59,502 nt of DNA, from NCBI GenBank assembly GCA_001768555.1, contig MEOD01000014.1:1-59502 (forward strand), read 5' to 3'. The notes under the pieces are model-generated. The model saw nothing but the letters and a program-made list of their open reading frames with translations, did no database searches and had not been told where the DNA came from. The stretch comes from Bacteroidetes bacterium GWF2_29_10. GTDB lineage: Bacteria > Bacteroidota > Bacteroidia > Bacteroidales > GWE2-29-8. Shown in pieces: positions 49,663 to 59,502 of the stretch (within the stretch, counting starts at the first letter, position 1; each line of letters starts with the position of its first letter). The position numbers were made by a program, and so were the translations under genes.

Positions 49663-52600
49663 TTATTGTTTAATAAAGGGTACATTTACAATAGTGTCTT
49701 TCATTATAACTCTAATGTTATAATACCCTTTTGATAAATACATAATGTCTATTTTATTTAATTTAGTGTTATTTATGTTTTTATTAAGTATAGTTTTCCC
49801 TAAATTATCCAATATAGAAATATCAGCATAATCGTTATCAGGTAATTCTATCATTATATATTCATTAGCTGGATTAGGATATATTTTTATTAGTTCTCGT
49901 ATGTTATTCCCATTTTCGGTAATTGAGGTTATAAATACAACCATATAGTCAGAAGCAGTACATCCATTATTTGTTATAGTAACAGAGTATGTTGTTAAAG
50001 TTGTTGGTTTAACAATTAAAACGGCTTGATTTGAACCCGTATTCCATGTGTAAGAATCACCTCCAGATGCAGAAATAATTAAGTTTTTACCAGAGTCGAT
50101 TGTTTTATCTGAACCAATGTTTATTACAGGGATTGGTTTTACAGTTATAAAAGCAGAATCAATTTGAGAACATCCCATGTTTGTGGTTGTTAATATATAT
50201 GTAGTAGAATTAGAAGGAATAACTGTAATTTGGTTTGTAGTGTCACCTGTATTCCATAAATAACTTTCTCCGCCAGTAGCTATAAGATTAATTTGTCCTC
50301 CCTTGCATATTGCCTGATCTGTTCCTGCATTTTTTTCAGGGATAATAATTTTAGTTATAATTATTTCGTCAGAAGATATGCAAGCATTTTTATGTGTTGT
50401 AATAGTATATTTTGTAATTTTTTGTGTAGGAGTTACATTTAAATATGGAATAGTATCCCCCGTGCTCCAAATATATTTATCTGCATAGTCTGCATATAAA
50501 GAAGTGCTTTCCGTATTGCATAATAGTTTATCATCTGAAAGCTTTGTTGCATTGACTTCAACTACAATATTGTCGGTTGCAAAACAATATCCATTGAAAG
50601 TTGTAAGCGTGTATGTCGTTGTAATACTTGGCAATACAGATATACACGTAGCTATTTCATTGCTGCTCCATGAGTAAAAATCTCCACCTGTTCCACAAAT
50701 ACTAATAGGTGTACTTCCACAAATAGAAGTATCTTTCCCTGCAAAAGCATAACAGGTATCTTTAAAATTAATTTTTGATGTCATCGCAAAATCAATGTTT
50801 GCTTTCCAATAGCTAAGTATCGAATGCCATGTTGAATCATTCCATTTTTCCCAAGATAGAGAATCACTGGAACTACAATCACCATAAGTTGAAAGTATTG
50901 CTATTTTATTACTACTTTCTCCAAAGAAGGTATCTTGCGGCAACACAACACTAACAAAAAATGTTTCAGGTAATTTAACTGGTTCTTCAAAATAAAATGT
51001 ATTTTTAAATAGATTTAATCCTGATGTATCTATATCTTGAAGTCTTATTGGTAAACTTTTTGCCAAATAATTTCCTTTAGGGCTTTTTGTAATGGTATCT
51101 TCTTCATAAATATACACGTAAACATTCTCATTAGTTCTAACATCTTTATATCTAATATAAATATTTACTGAATTTAACCAACCATTTTTACTAAATATAT
51201 TGAATTTTTGAGCTTTTTCCAAATCACCAAGTATATTGTTTCCATTAATAAACCCTGTATCAATAGGTAAATAATTATCAATAAAGTTTGTTGTATAGAA
51301 ATCAGAACATGAATAGTACCATGAAGGAGGTGTAATAGTAAAGGTGTCATTAATATGCCTCTTAACAGTTATTTCAATTTGATCTGTTGCTTTGCATATC
51401 CCATCTGAAATTGTTAGTGAATACAATGCATTGTAAATAGGAGTAATGGTTATTGATTGACTTGTGTCTCCACTTGACCAAGAGTATTTCGAAGCTGGTG
51501 TTGATGTTAAATTTATACTTTCATCTTGATTAATAGTCATATCACTACCTGCATTGGCAATCAAGGAATTATCTAATACTTTAAATCTAATGGTTTTATT
51601 ATTTATGCATCCCATTGAATTAATTTTTACAGAATAGCTTGTATCTGTGTTAATATTAATAATTGGATTTGCTAAAGATATATTGTTTATGTTAAAGTCA
51701 GGGCTCCATTCAAAAGTTTTTGGATAACCATTAAACCCTACAACTATATTCACGCTGTCTGATGACAGAATAATATCCTTAAGTATTGTTCCATCTTGGT
51801 TCCCAATCATTATGAATGGAATGTTAATGAGTTCTCCATAATTGCCTGCTGCCATAGAAACGGTTCCATTTCCTGTTTCATTATTAATAATAATAACAGC
51901 CTTAGCTCCTGCTATTTGAGCCATGTATGCTTTTAAACTAAAAAAGCAATCTCCTCTATCAATTAAAGCTATTTTATTTTTAAATGCGTTTGTGTAATAG
52001 CCACTTTGCGAACATCCATTATAAGAGTCTGCTAAATCTTTTTTATATTCTATTTTCCCACTTATGTATGAATTCTTTACTTCATAACCAAATAAAGCAA
52101 TAGCATAGTTTATAAACTCTATTTTAGGATAAGTTACTTTTATAAAATTACCACTCAAGTCACCAAAATTAAGGTTTATATTATAGTTTGTGTTTTTACA
52201 GATTTCAATAGTATCTGCAGTAGAAACATTAATGTCTATTATATCTACTTTCGCTTCTTGTATAGCCATACACCCATTGTTAGATATTGACAAAGAGTAG
52301 CTAGTACTTACTGTTGGTTTGATTTTAATGGAACTAGAGCTATCTCCAAAACTCCAATAATACTTATCTCCTCCATAAGCTTCAATTAATAATGAATCAT
52401 CTTTGCAAATTACGGTGTCGTTGATTTTTTTATAATCAAATAGCGGAAAATTAACTTTAAGCTCATAAGCTCCAGAATAATTATTTTTACCATCCACAAC
52501 AATATAATATTTTCCTGGTAGTGCGTCTTTCACTGTAGCTATTTGGGCTTGAGAAATTTCGTTATAATAACCTAAAGCAACACAATTGTTTGAATATATA

Positions 52601-55371
52601 TCATTTAAAATCAATACTTCTAATTGTTCACTTCCTGATTTTAGAATAGCATTTATGTCTGTTGTTTTTGTAATATTTATAACATAAACATTTTCCTTCC
52701 CATTTAGTATATTGTTTTCACATTGATACTTTTCTGTATAATTAGTTCCACTTGTTGTATTTCCTGCAATTGTTTGGTTACAAGTTAATTTTTGAGCTTG
52801 AGTATGTTGGATGGTGTCTATATAATAATTATATGAAATATTAAAATCACAGTTATTTTGATCATATCCATCAATAACAACATAATATGTCCCGGGCACT
52901 GTATTATAATTTTTTAAAGTTTTCTTTCCAAAAGCAATACATGACTGAAGAGTACATTCATTAAAAAGATAGATATTCAAATCGCATAAATTTTTTGTCA
53001 CATTCAAATTGATTGTACTTATTTGCTCTAATTCTATTTTAAAGATTTTTTCATTCCCCGACATGTAAGTAGTATCACAAGAATATTTATTAATATTATT
53101 TGAAGTCCCTATAGTGGAACTTCCATAAACAAACCCTGCTATTAAATTTTGAGCAGTGTTGCAAATGAGTGTATCTTTTTCTTTTACTTCTGCCATAATG
53201 GAATAGCTGCAATCATTGCTATTATCTCCACCATCTACAACGATATAATAAGTGCCTGCTTCTGTATTTTTTAAAATAATTGAACCACTATCTGAATAAG
53301 CAATACAATTAACATCTGCACATGAATTAAGAACAAATAAATCTAAGTTACAAGCATTATCTGTTAGTGTAATTTTCAAATCACTTCTAATGTTTGTTGT
53401 TATACTATGCAATATTTCTTTTCCTTTATAAGCCTTATTTGGAGCGCATGAATAATTGTTAACATTATTTAATCCATTTACATTATTTCCTGAATATTTA
53501 ACTCCAGATGTTAGTTCTATACTATTTTGACAATCTAAATCTGTGTTTTTTGGTAATACATTTATGTAAGCTGTTTTAGTTTTAGTATTTGTCCCTTTAT
53601 TATTTGATGCTTTAAGAGAAACAGTATATAAACCGGGTGTATTATATATTATATTTTGTGGGTTTTGAACTGAAGATGTGCTTGGGGTTGCACCTTCAAA
53701 TGTCCAGTCCCAAACATTAGGTAAACCACTTGTAAGATCTTTAAAATTTACAACTTGATCTGGCTGTACTATAGTGTAATTTGCCGAAAAGTCTGCGATA
53801 GGTATATCGGAAAATGTAACATTAAAAAAGGCTGCGGTATCATTTATTGCAATGTTTGATATGTAAACATCACCTGCGGAACCATCGGAAAGAAAACAAG
53901 CAGGATTTGTTGAATTGTTAAATTCCGTACGAGTAGTATTATTTGAAAAATAAGCATCATTAATGTATCCACTATTATCTTTAGTTCCATTTGGGCGAAA
54001 TATATACACTTCATCAGGCTTGTCAGGATAACTCATATTTCCGTAGCCTTCACTTGTTTTGTTTATCCGGTATATTAAAATTCCACTACCTGGGAGAGTA
54101 CCATCAAACAGTGAGTTATTTTTTCTATATTCTATTACAAAATATTCTTGTGTTGATTTTGGGGATGCAATCATGTAACAGTTTTTGTCTACTGAAGAGA
54201 TCGGTTTTACATAATATGTTCCTGTTTTGGATATTTCTGGAATAGAGCTAATCCATTTTCCATATTTTAATTTCATGTAAGCTCCCATTGATTGAGGAGG
54301 ATTGGATGTTTGTTCCATAATGTCCCAAATGCCAACAGGGCTTAAGTCCAAATAAGATTCATTATAGTGATACAAGTCAGGAGCACCTAATGTATGAAAC
54401 ATTTCATGACATAAGACTCCCACACCCATTCCATTTTCGTTTAGAGTTCCTTCTAGTTGAAAATTATAATCAAATACAAATTTTTCATTAATTTTCACTT
54501 CATAAGAGTATAACATCCATCTGTGAGGCCATAGTAGATTACTCCAATTATCAGGCTTCCCTTTGATTATAAAGCAAATATTGTCAACCAATCCGTCATT
54601 ATTATAATCTAAGTTTAAATCAGAAGGAATACTGGCTTTTAAACTCTCAATAGAATTTTTTATCAATGAATGTTCTCTTATTCTGTATTCATCGTTATCT
54701 TTATATCCATTTGGATTTGTATTGCTATATGGTTGATAATAGGATCGTGGGTTGTTATCTTTGAAAGATAATACAGTGGATGAATTTTGCACAGGATAGA
54801 AAAAAGAGTTCATCTCTAATTGATTATATGATACTTGCTTGTAGTAGTTATACATTGAATTGCAATTATCTTGGCAATTGAACATGTTGTCATATTTTGT
54901 AATACTTTCTGTGTATTCAACATCATCAGAAAATCTTATAAATATTACTAAATTATTTAATGTTTTTACTCCTAAAGTGCTATTTGCATATTTTACGTTA
55001 GTTGTTTTTTGTGCGTTTAGTAAACTTGCTTTGTAATAATCATGAAAATTATTTTCATCTTTATTATCAGGCATTAAATTTTTAGGAATGTTAAAATTTT
55101 TGATGTTGCTTTGTCCAACTATGTACTTTGACGGAAATAATTTTCCGTTAATTTTCTCTGCATATTTATAATATCCACTAATATTGTCTTTGACAATAGT
55201 GTATCCTTCTGCATCATGTAGTCTACGAAAAAATTCATCACCAGTGATAAAGCATTCAATAATGGTATTGTCTGGTTGGGTTAGTGTTACTGGAAAATCT
55301 TTAATATAAGCTGCTTTTGTTGTTATAAAAAGCAACAATAATAGTATTATTAAATTAAATAGTCTTGTCAT
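49663..55371 (-). CDS. T9SS-secreted M6-family metalloprotease with PKD, PPC-like, PA and Ig-like domains
   Basis: QPD...GDEF propeptide, LWPHRW, CHEMFHTLGAPDLY, WDIM, EYFVIEYR; PKD (WDWTFEG, GLYTVSL); PA (ALIDRGDCFF..KA..AQ.AGA); C-terminal IYPNPA...KGYY. Confidence 0.88.
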   Translation of the reverse strand: MTRLFNLIILLLLLFITTKAAYIKDFPVTLTQPDNTIIECFITGDEFFRRLHDAEGYTIVKDNISGYYKYAEKINGKLFPSKYIVGQSNIKNFNIPKNLMPDNKDENNFHDYYKASLLNAQKTTNVKYANSTLGVKTLNNLVIFIRFSDDVEYTESITKYDNMFNCQDNCNSMYNYYKQVSYNQLEMNSFFYPVQNSSTVLSFKDNNPRSYYQPYSNTNPNGYKDNDEYRIREHSLIKNSIESLKASIPSDLNLDYNNDGLVDNICFIIKGKPDNWSNLLWPHRWMLYSYEVKINEKFVFDYNFQLEGTLNENGMGVGVLCHEMFHTLGAPDLYHYNESYLDLSPVGIWDIMEQTSNPPQSMGAYMKLKYGKWISSIPEISKTGTYYVKPISSVDKNCYMIASPKSTQEYFVIEYRKNNSLFDGTLPGSGILIYRINKTSEGYGNMSYPDKPDEVYIFRPNGTKDNSGYINDAYFSNNTTRTEFNNSTNPACFLSDGSAGDVYISNIAINDTAAFFNVTFSDIPIADFSANYTIVQPDQVVNFKDLTSGLPNVWDWTFEGATPSTSSVQNPQNIIYNTPGLYTVSLKASNNKGTNTKTKTAYINVLPKNTDLDCQNSIELTSGVKYSGNNVNGLNNVNNYSCAPNKAYKGKEILHSITTNIRSDLKITLTDNACNLDLFVLNSCADVNCIAYSDSGSIILKNTEAGTYYIVVDGGDNSNDCSYSIMAEVKEKDTLICNTAQNLIAGFVYGSSTIGTSNNINKYSCDTTYMSGNEKIFKIELEQISTINLNVTKNLCDLNIYLFNECTLQSCIAFGKKTLKNYNTVPGTYYVVIDGYDQNNCDFNISYNYYIDTIQHTQAQKLTCNQTIAGNTTSGTNYTEKYQCENNILNGKENVYVINITKTTDINAILKSGSEQLEVLILNDIYSNNCVALGYYNEISQAQIATVKDALPGKYYIVVDGKNNYSGAYELKVNFPLFDYKKINDTVICKDDSLLIEAYGGDKYYWSFGDSSSSIKIKPTVSTSYSLSISNNGCMAIQEAKVDIIDINVSTADTIEICKNTNYNINLNFGDLSGNFIKVTYPKIEFINYAIALFGYEVKNSYISGKIEYKKDLADSYNGCSQSGYYTNAFKNKIALIDRGDCFFSLKAYMAQIAGAKAVIIINNETGNGTVSMAAGNYGELINIPFIMIGNQDGTILKDIILSSDSVNIVVGFNGYPKTFEWSPDFNINNISLANPIININTDTSYSVKINSMGCINNKTIRFKVLDNSLIANAGSDMTINQDESINLTSTPASKYSWSSGDTSQSITITPIYNALYSLTISDGICKATDQIEITVKRHINDTFTITPPSWYYSCSDFYTTNFIDNYLPIDTGFINGNNILGDLEKAQKFNIFSKNGWLNSVNIYIRYKDVRTNENVYVYIYEEDTITKSPKGNYLAKSLPIRLQDIDTSGLNLFKNTFYFEEPVKLPETFFVSVVLPQDTFFGESSNKIAILSTYGDCSSSDSLSWEKWNDSTWHSILSYWKANIDFAMTSKINFKDTCYAFAGKDTSICGSTPISICGTGGDFYSWSSNEIATCISVLPSITTTYTLTTFNGYCFATDNIVVEVNATKLSDDKLLCNTESTSLYADYADKYIWSTGDTIPYLNVTPTQKITKYTITTHKNACISSDEIIITKIIIPEKNAGTDQAICKGGQINLIATGGESYLWNTGDTTNQITVIPSNSTTYILTTTNMGCSQIDSAFITVKPIPVINIGSDKTIDSGKNLIISASGGDSYTWNTGSNQAVLIVKPTTLTTYSVTITNNGCTASDYMVVFITSITENGNNIRELIKIYPNPANEYIMIELPDNDYADISILDNLGKTILNKNINNTKLNKIDIMYLSKGYYNIRVIMKDTIVNVPFIKQ

Positions 55372-55743
55372 TGAGTTTTGTAATTTTGCTTTATTTTATT
55401 TTTACAAATATACTAAAAAAACAAGTTCAGTTTATAATTATTTGGAAAATGTAATTAGTAAAAAGTAATAACGAAAAAATTGTTTTAAGTATTGTTGGTG
55501 CAGACTAAAAAACGTCGCGTTTTTCGCTTTGTTTTTGAATTCAGGTAATCCTGAAATATGTTTACAGTTTTTTTTTTCATAATTTTAATTTTATGTTAAA
55601 ACCTATTTTAGTTGGACACCCAAATTAAATATTTAAAATTAGTTTTACTATATCTCCAAAAAACAATTAAAAAGGAGAGTATTAAATATTTTTTTTAATT
55701 TTGCTCTCCCTTTAAATATAAAATTATAAAACAAAAGTTTTGG

Positions 55744-58700
55744 ATGAGTAACAATTACAAGGAGTATGATAGGTTTAATCATACAAAGATAGCTAAAGAA
55801 ATTGCAGAGTTTTGGAAAGAAAACAATATTTTTGAGCAAACAATTAAGGAAGATAGCAATAAGAGCAATTATGTGTTTTATGAAGGTCCTCCTTCGGCAA
55901 ATGGAGTTCCAGGAATACATCACGTTATGGCTCGTACGATTAAAGATATATTTTGCAGATACAAAACGTTAAAAGGTGCTGTAGTAAAACGTAAAGCTGG
56001 ATGGGATACACACGGTTTGCCTGTGGAGATGAGCGTTGAAAAGGCATTAGGTATTAGCAAAGAAGATATTGGGACAAAAATTACCGTTGAAGATTACAAC
56101 AAAGAATGTCGTAAAGATGTTATGAAATATAAAGATCTTTGGGATAATCTTACAAATGAAATGGGATATTGGGTTGACCTTTCTGACCCTTATATTACTT
56201 TCGATAATAAATACATAGAAACGCTTTGGTATCTTTTAAAGCAACTTTATAACAAGAAGCTTTTATATAAAGGATATACTATTCAACCTTTTTCTCCTGC
56301 TGCTGGGACAGGTTTAAGTACACATGAATTAAACCAACCTGGTTGTTACAAAATGGTTAAAGACAGTACTCTTACTGCACAATTTAAGCTTTTGCCAAAT
56401 CAAACTTTTGGAAGCATAGTTACTGATGATAATACTTTCGTTTTAGCTTGGACAACTACGCCTTGGACCTTGCCTTCAAACACAGCTCTTGCTGTGGGTA
56501 AGAATATTGAATACCTTCTTGTTCAAACATACAATCCTTATACATTTAAGCTTGTTAATGTGATATTAGCAAAAGAACGTTTGTCTGCATTTTTTAAAGA
56601 AGAGAACAGAGAGCTTTCTTTTGAAGAATATAAAGAAGGTGATAAAAATATTCCTTTCAAGGTTATTGAACAATTTAAAGGTTCGGATTTGGCAGGTTTA
56701 AGATACGAACAGCTTATGCCTTACAAACAACCAGAAGAAGGAGATGCGTTTAAAGTAATAATTGGGGATTATGTTACGACAGAAGACGGAACAGGTATTG
56801 TGCATATTGCGCCAAGCTTTGGTGCTGATGACTTCCGTGTTGCTAAGCAAAACAATATTGGAGCACTGACTATGGTTGACAGGCAAGGGCGTTTTGTTGA
56901 AGAAATGGGAGAGTTTGCAGGGCGATATGTGAAGCATGAGTTTGATAAGAATTACGATCCTAAAACTCAAAATACTACAGACGTTGATATTATCATTAAG
57001 CTGAAAACTGAGAACAAAGCGTTTAAAACAGAGAAATACGAGCACTCTTATCCTCATTGTTGGCGTACGGATAAGCCTATACTTTATTATCCTTTAGATT
57101 CATGGTTTATTAAAACTACAGAGTATAAAGGTAAAATGATTGAGCTTAATAAAACGATTAATTGGAAACCGGAATCAACAGGTACTGGTCGTTTTGGGAA
57201 CTGGCTGGAAAACCTTCTTGACTGGAACCTTTCACGTTCTCGTTTTTGGGGAACACCTCTTCCTATATGGCGCACAGAAGACGGGACTGAAGAAATTTGT
57301 ATAGGTTCTTTTGAGGAGCTTAAAAATGAAATACAAAAGTCTGTTGAAGCAGGGTTTATGGATGAAAACATGCTTGCAGAGTTTAAAGCAGGAGACTTTA
57401 GTAAAGAAAATTATAATACTTTCGATATACACCGACCTTATGTTGACAGAATAATACTTAAATCTGCTTCGGGCAAGAAGATGACACGCGAAACCGATCT
57501 TATAGATGTGTGGTTTGATTCTGGGGCAATGCCTTACGCTCAGTTGCATTATCCTTTTGAAAACAAAGAACTGTTTAATACATCTTTTCCTGCGGATTTT
57601 ATAGCAGAAGGCGTAGACCAAACAAGGGGTTGGTTTTTTACTTTGCATGCAATTGCTGTTATGCTTTTCGACAATGTGGCTTTCAAAAACGTTGTTTCGA
57701 ATGGATTAGTTTTAGATAAAAAAGGGAATAAAATGTCAAAGCGATTAGGTAATGCGGTTGACCCTTTTGAAACGCTTGAGAAGTATGGACCTGATGCAAC
57801 TCGTTGGTATATGATTACAAACGCACAACCTTGGGATAATCTTAAGTTTGACATTGAAGGAATAGCGGAGGTTCAACGTCGTTTCTTTGGAACTCTTTAT
57901 AATACATATTCTTTCTTTTCGCTTTATGCAAATATAGATAAGTTTAAGTTTGAAGAACAATACATTGCTGTAAACCAAAGACCAGAGATTGACCAATGGA
58001 TATTGTCGATGCTTAACTCTTTAATTGCTCAAGTTGATGAACATTATGAGAGTTTTGAACCAACAAAGGCAGGGCGAGCAATAGAACAATTCATTGATTT
58101 ACATCTTAGCAATTGGTATGTACGTCTTTGCAGACGCCGTTTTTGGAAAGGAGATTACTCTACCGACAAAATAGCTGCGTATCAAACTCTTTATGAATGC
58201 CTAACAACGATATTAAAGCTTACGAGCCCTATAGCGCCATTCTTAACTGACGAGCTTTTTAATAATCTTAATAATGTTACTAATAAGGAAAGCGCTAAAT
58301 CAATACATTTAGCTCAATTTCCTAAGTCAAATCCTGATGTTATAAATAAAGATCTTGAAGAAAGGATGGAGCTTGCTCAAAACATTTCTTCTATGGTGCT
58401 TTCACTTCGAAAGAAGGTTAATATTAGAGTGCGACAACCGCTTGCAAAAATACTTGTACCAATTATTGATACTAAAATACAAGGACAAATAGAGCAAATA
58501 AAAGAGCTTATTCTTGCAGAAGTAAATGTTAAAAATATTGAATATATTTTTGATACATCTGGATTTCTTGTTAAAAAGATTAAACCTAATTTCAAAACAT
58601 TAGGTCCTAAATATGGGAAGCTAATGAAAGAAATTGCAAATGGTATAAACAATTTTAATCAGCAAGATATACAGGAAATAGAAGCTAATCTGAAATACAC

Positions 58701-59106
58701 TCTCAATATACAGAATCAGGATGTTGAGATAAGTATTGAAGATGTTGAAATTATTTCAGAAGATATTCCAGGATGGCTTGTTACAAATATTGGCTCACTA
58801 ACTGTTGCGCTAGATATTAATATTACTCCTGAATTAAAATCAGAGGGGCTTGCTCGTGAACTTATCAACCGTATGCAAAACATCCGTAAGGATAGCGGTT
58901 TTGAGGTTACAGACCGTATTAATACAATGATAGAAGTGAACGACAGCGAGTTTGAAAGCGCAATCAATTCAAACTATGAATACATCTGTAACGAAACTCT
59001 AACAAACAAACTATCATTTGCTAAAAATCTTTCTAATGATCCCGTAGCAAAAGAAATCGAAATTCTTGACCAAATCAGTACCTTTATTAAGATAGAGAAG
59101 GCTTAA
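55744..59106 (+). CDS. ileS: Isoleucine--tRNA ligase, type 2
   Basis: FYEGPPSANG.PGIHH, GWDTHGLPVE, WTTTPWTLP, DWNLSRSRFWG, EGVDQTRGWF and KMSKR; long C-terminus (EGLARE..R.Q..RK) with no zinc finger. Confidence 0.97.
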   Translation: MSNNYKEYDRFNHTKIAKEIAEFWKENNIFEQTIKEDSNKSNYVFYEGPPSANGVPGIHHVMARTIKDIFCRYKTLKGAVVKRKAGWDTHGLPVEMSVEKALGISKEDIGTKITVEDYNKECRKDVMKYKDLWDNLTNEMGYWVDLSDPYITFDNKYIETLWYLLKQLYNKKLLYKGYTIQPFSPAAGTGLSTHELNQPGCYKMVKDSTLTAQFKLLPNQTFGSIVTDDNTFVLAWTTTPWTLPSNTALAVGKNIEYLLVQTYNPYTFKLVNVILAKERLSAFFKEENRELSFEEYKEGDKNIPFKVIEQFKGSDLAGLRYEQLMPYKQPEEGDAFKVIIGDYVTTEDGTGIVHIAPSFGADDFRVAKQNNIGALTMVDRQGRFVEEMGEFAGRYVKHEFDKNYDPKTQNTTDVDIIIKLKTENKAFKTEKYEHSYPHCWRTDKPILYYPLDSWFIKTTEYKGKMIELNKTINWKPESTGTGRFGNWLENLLDWNLSRSRFWGTPLPIWRTEDGTEEICIGSFEELKNEIQKSVEAGFMDENMLAEFKAGDFSKENYNTFDIHRPYVDRIILKSASGKKMTRETDLIDVWFDSGAMPYAQLHYPFENKELFNTSFPADFIAEGVDQTRGWFFTLHAIAVMLFDNVAFKNVVSNGLVLDKKGNKMSKRLGNAVDPFETLEKYGPDATRWYMITNAQPWDNLKFDIEGIAEVQRRFFGTLYNTYSFFSLYANIDKFKFEEQYIAVNQRPEIDQWILSMLNSLIAQVDEHYESFEPTKAGRAIEQFIDLHLSNWYVRLCRRRFWKGDYSTDKIAAYQTLYECLTTILKLTSPIAPFLTDELFNNLNNVTNKESAKSIHLAQFPKSNPDVINKDLEERMELAQNISSMVLSLRKKVNIRVRQPLAKILVPIIDTKIQGQIEQIKELILAEVNVKNIEYIFDTSGFLVKKIKPNFKTLGPKYGKLMKEIANGINNFNQQDIQEIEANLKYTLNIQNQDVEISIEDVEIISEDIPGWLVTNIGSLTVALDINITPELKSEGLARELINRMQNIRKDSGFEVTDRINTMIEVNDSEFESAINSNYEYICNETLTNKLSFAKNLSNDPVAKEIEILDQISTFIKIEKA

Positions 59107-59119
59107 GAAGGAGTTGTGA

Positions 59120-59209
59120 GGGTGATTTTCGGGTGTTTTTTGGATGATTTTTGGATGATTTTTGGATGATTTTTGGATGTTTTTGGGTGATTTTTGGTGA
59201 TTTTAGGTG
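59120..59209. repeat. ~11-bp tandem repeat x~8 (GGATGATTTTT)
   Basis: Exact units at 59142, 59153 and 59164 with degenerate flanking copies. Confidence 0.88.
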
Positions 59210-59229
59210 GTTGGAAAAAGTTTTACCTT

Positions 59230-59460
59230 GCCTAGAGACGATTTGACGAAGCCTAGAGACGTTTTCACCTAGCCTAGAAACGATTTGACCTAGCCTAGAA
59301 ACGATTTGACCTTGCCTAGAGACAATTTGACCTCGCCTAGAGACAATTTGACCTCGCCTAGAAACGATGCAATCTTGCCTAGAAACGAAGTCACGGAGCC
59401 TAGAAACGAAGTCACGGAGCCTAGAAACGAAGTCACCTCGCCTAGAAACAAAGTCAGGTA
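59230..59460. repeat. 21-bp tandem repeat x11 with invariant GCCTAGARAC core
   Basis: GCCTAGA recurs every 21 nt from 59230 to 59440; the other 11 nt vary. Confidence 0.95.
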
Positions 59461-59502
59461 CCGTTCAAAAAAGTGTGTCTTATAAAACTATTTTTAGATG
59501 TT

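Noticed and set aside
55508-55524. Small palindrome AAAAACG-TCG-CGTTTTT between the protease gene and ileS
   Set aside because: Only a 7-bp stem, single copy, and no T-box or other RNA motif is recognisable.
1742-58967. Many 60-140 aa antisense or alternate-frame ORFs (e.g. 18097-18516, 25390-25764, 35984-36403, 56698-57996)
   Set aside because: They are shadows of well-supported genes and show no motifs or independent signals.
59230-59460. CRISPR or guide-RNA array
   Set aside because: The 21-bp period is too short, the variable parts are related or identical to each other, and no cas gene lies in the window.

Overview
AT-rich chromosomal window from an anaerobic Bacteroidota (Bacteroidales-like) genome, judged from TAnnTTTG -7 promoters, three T9SS C-terminal-domain proteins, a TonB-dependent receptor and lpxB/lpxK. 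It holds mostly housekeeping and energy-metabolism genes: a trimeric group A3 [FeFe]-hydrogenase, dnaX, an Omp85/PD40 protein, an Fe-S protein plus hcp, a TPP-riboswitch-controlled TonB receptor, valS, lpxB, surE, polyprenyl synthase, mqnA, korAB, lpxK, hemE, a three-gene Hyf/Ehr membrane module, DPSL ferritin, an M6 protease and ileS. Points of note: (i) an in-frame TAG inside the essential valS and an in-frame TAA in an antiporter gene, where sequence error is the simplest explanation; (ii) an A12 slippage site in dnaX positioned to yield a gamma subunit; (iii) a short hydrogenase beta subunit with non-bifurcating signatures; (iv) several small non-autonomous mobile elements, including a 42-bp pure inverted-repeat element, an IS5-like MITE, an IS1380 remnant and a 43-bp-array element; (v) intergenic tandem arrays with 11, 21 and 43 bp periods. 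No CRISPR array, tRNA, rRNA or intact transposase was seen, and I cannot confirm a new biological system from sequence alone.
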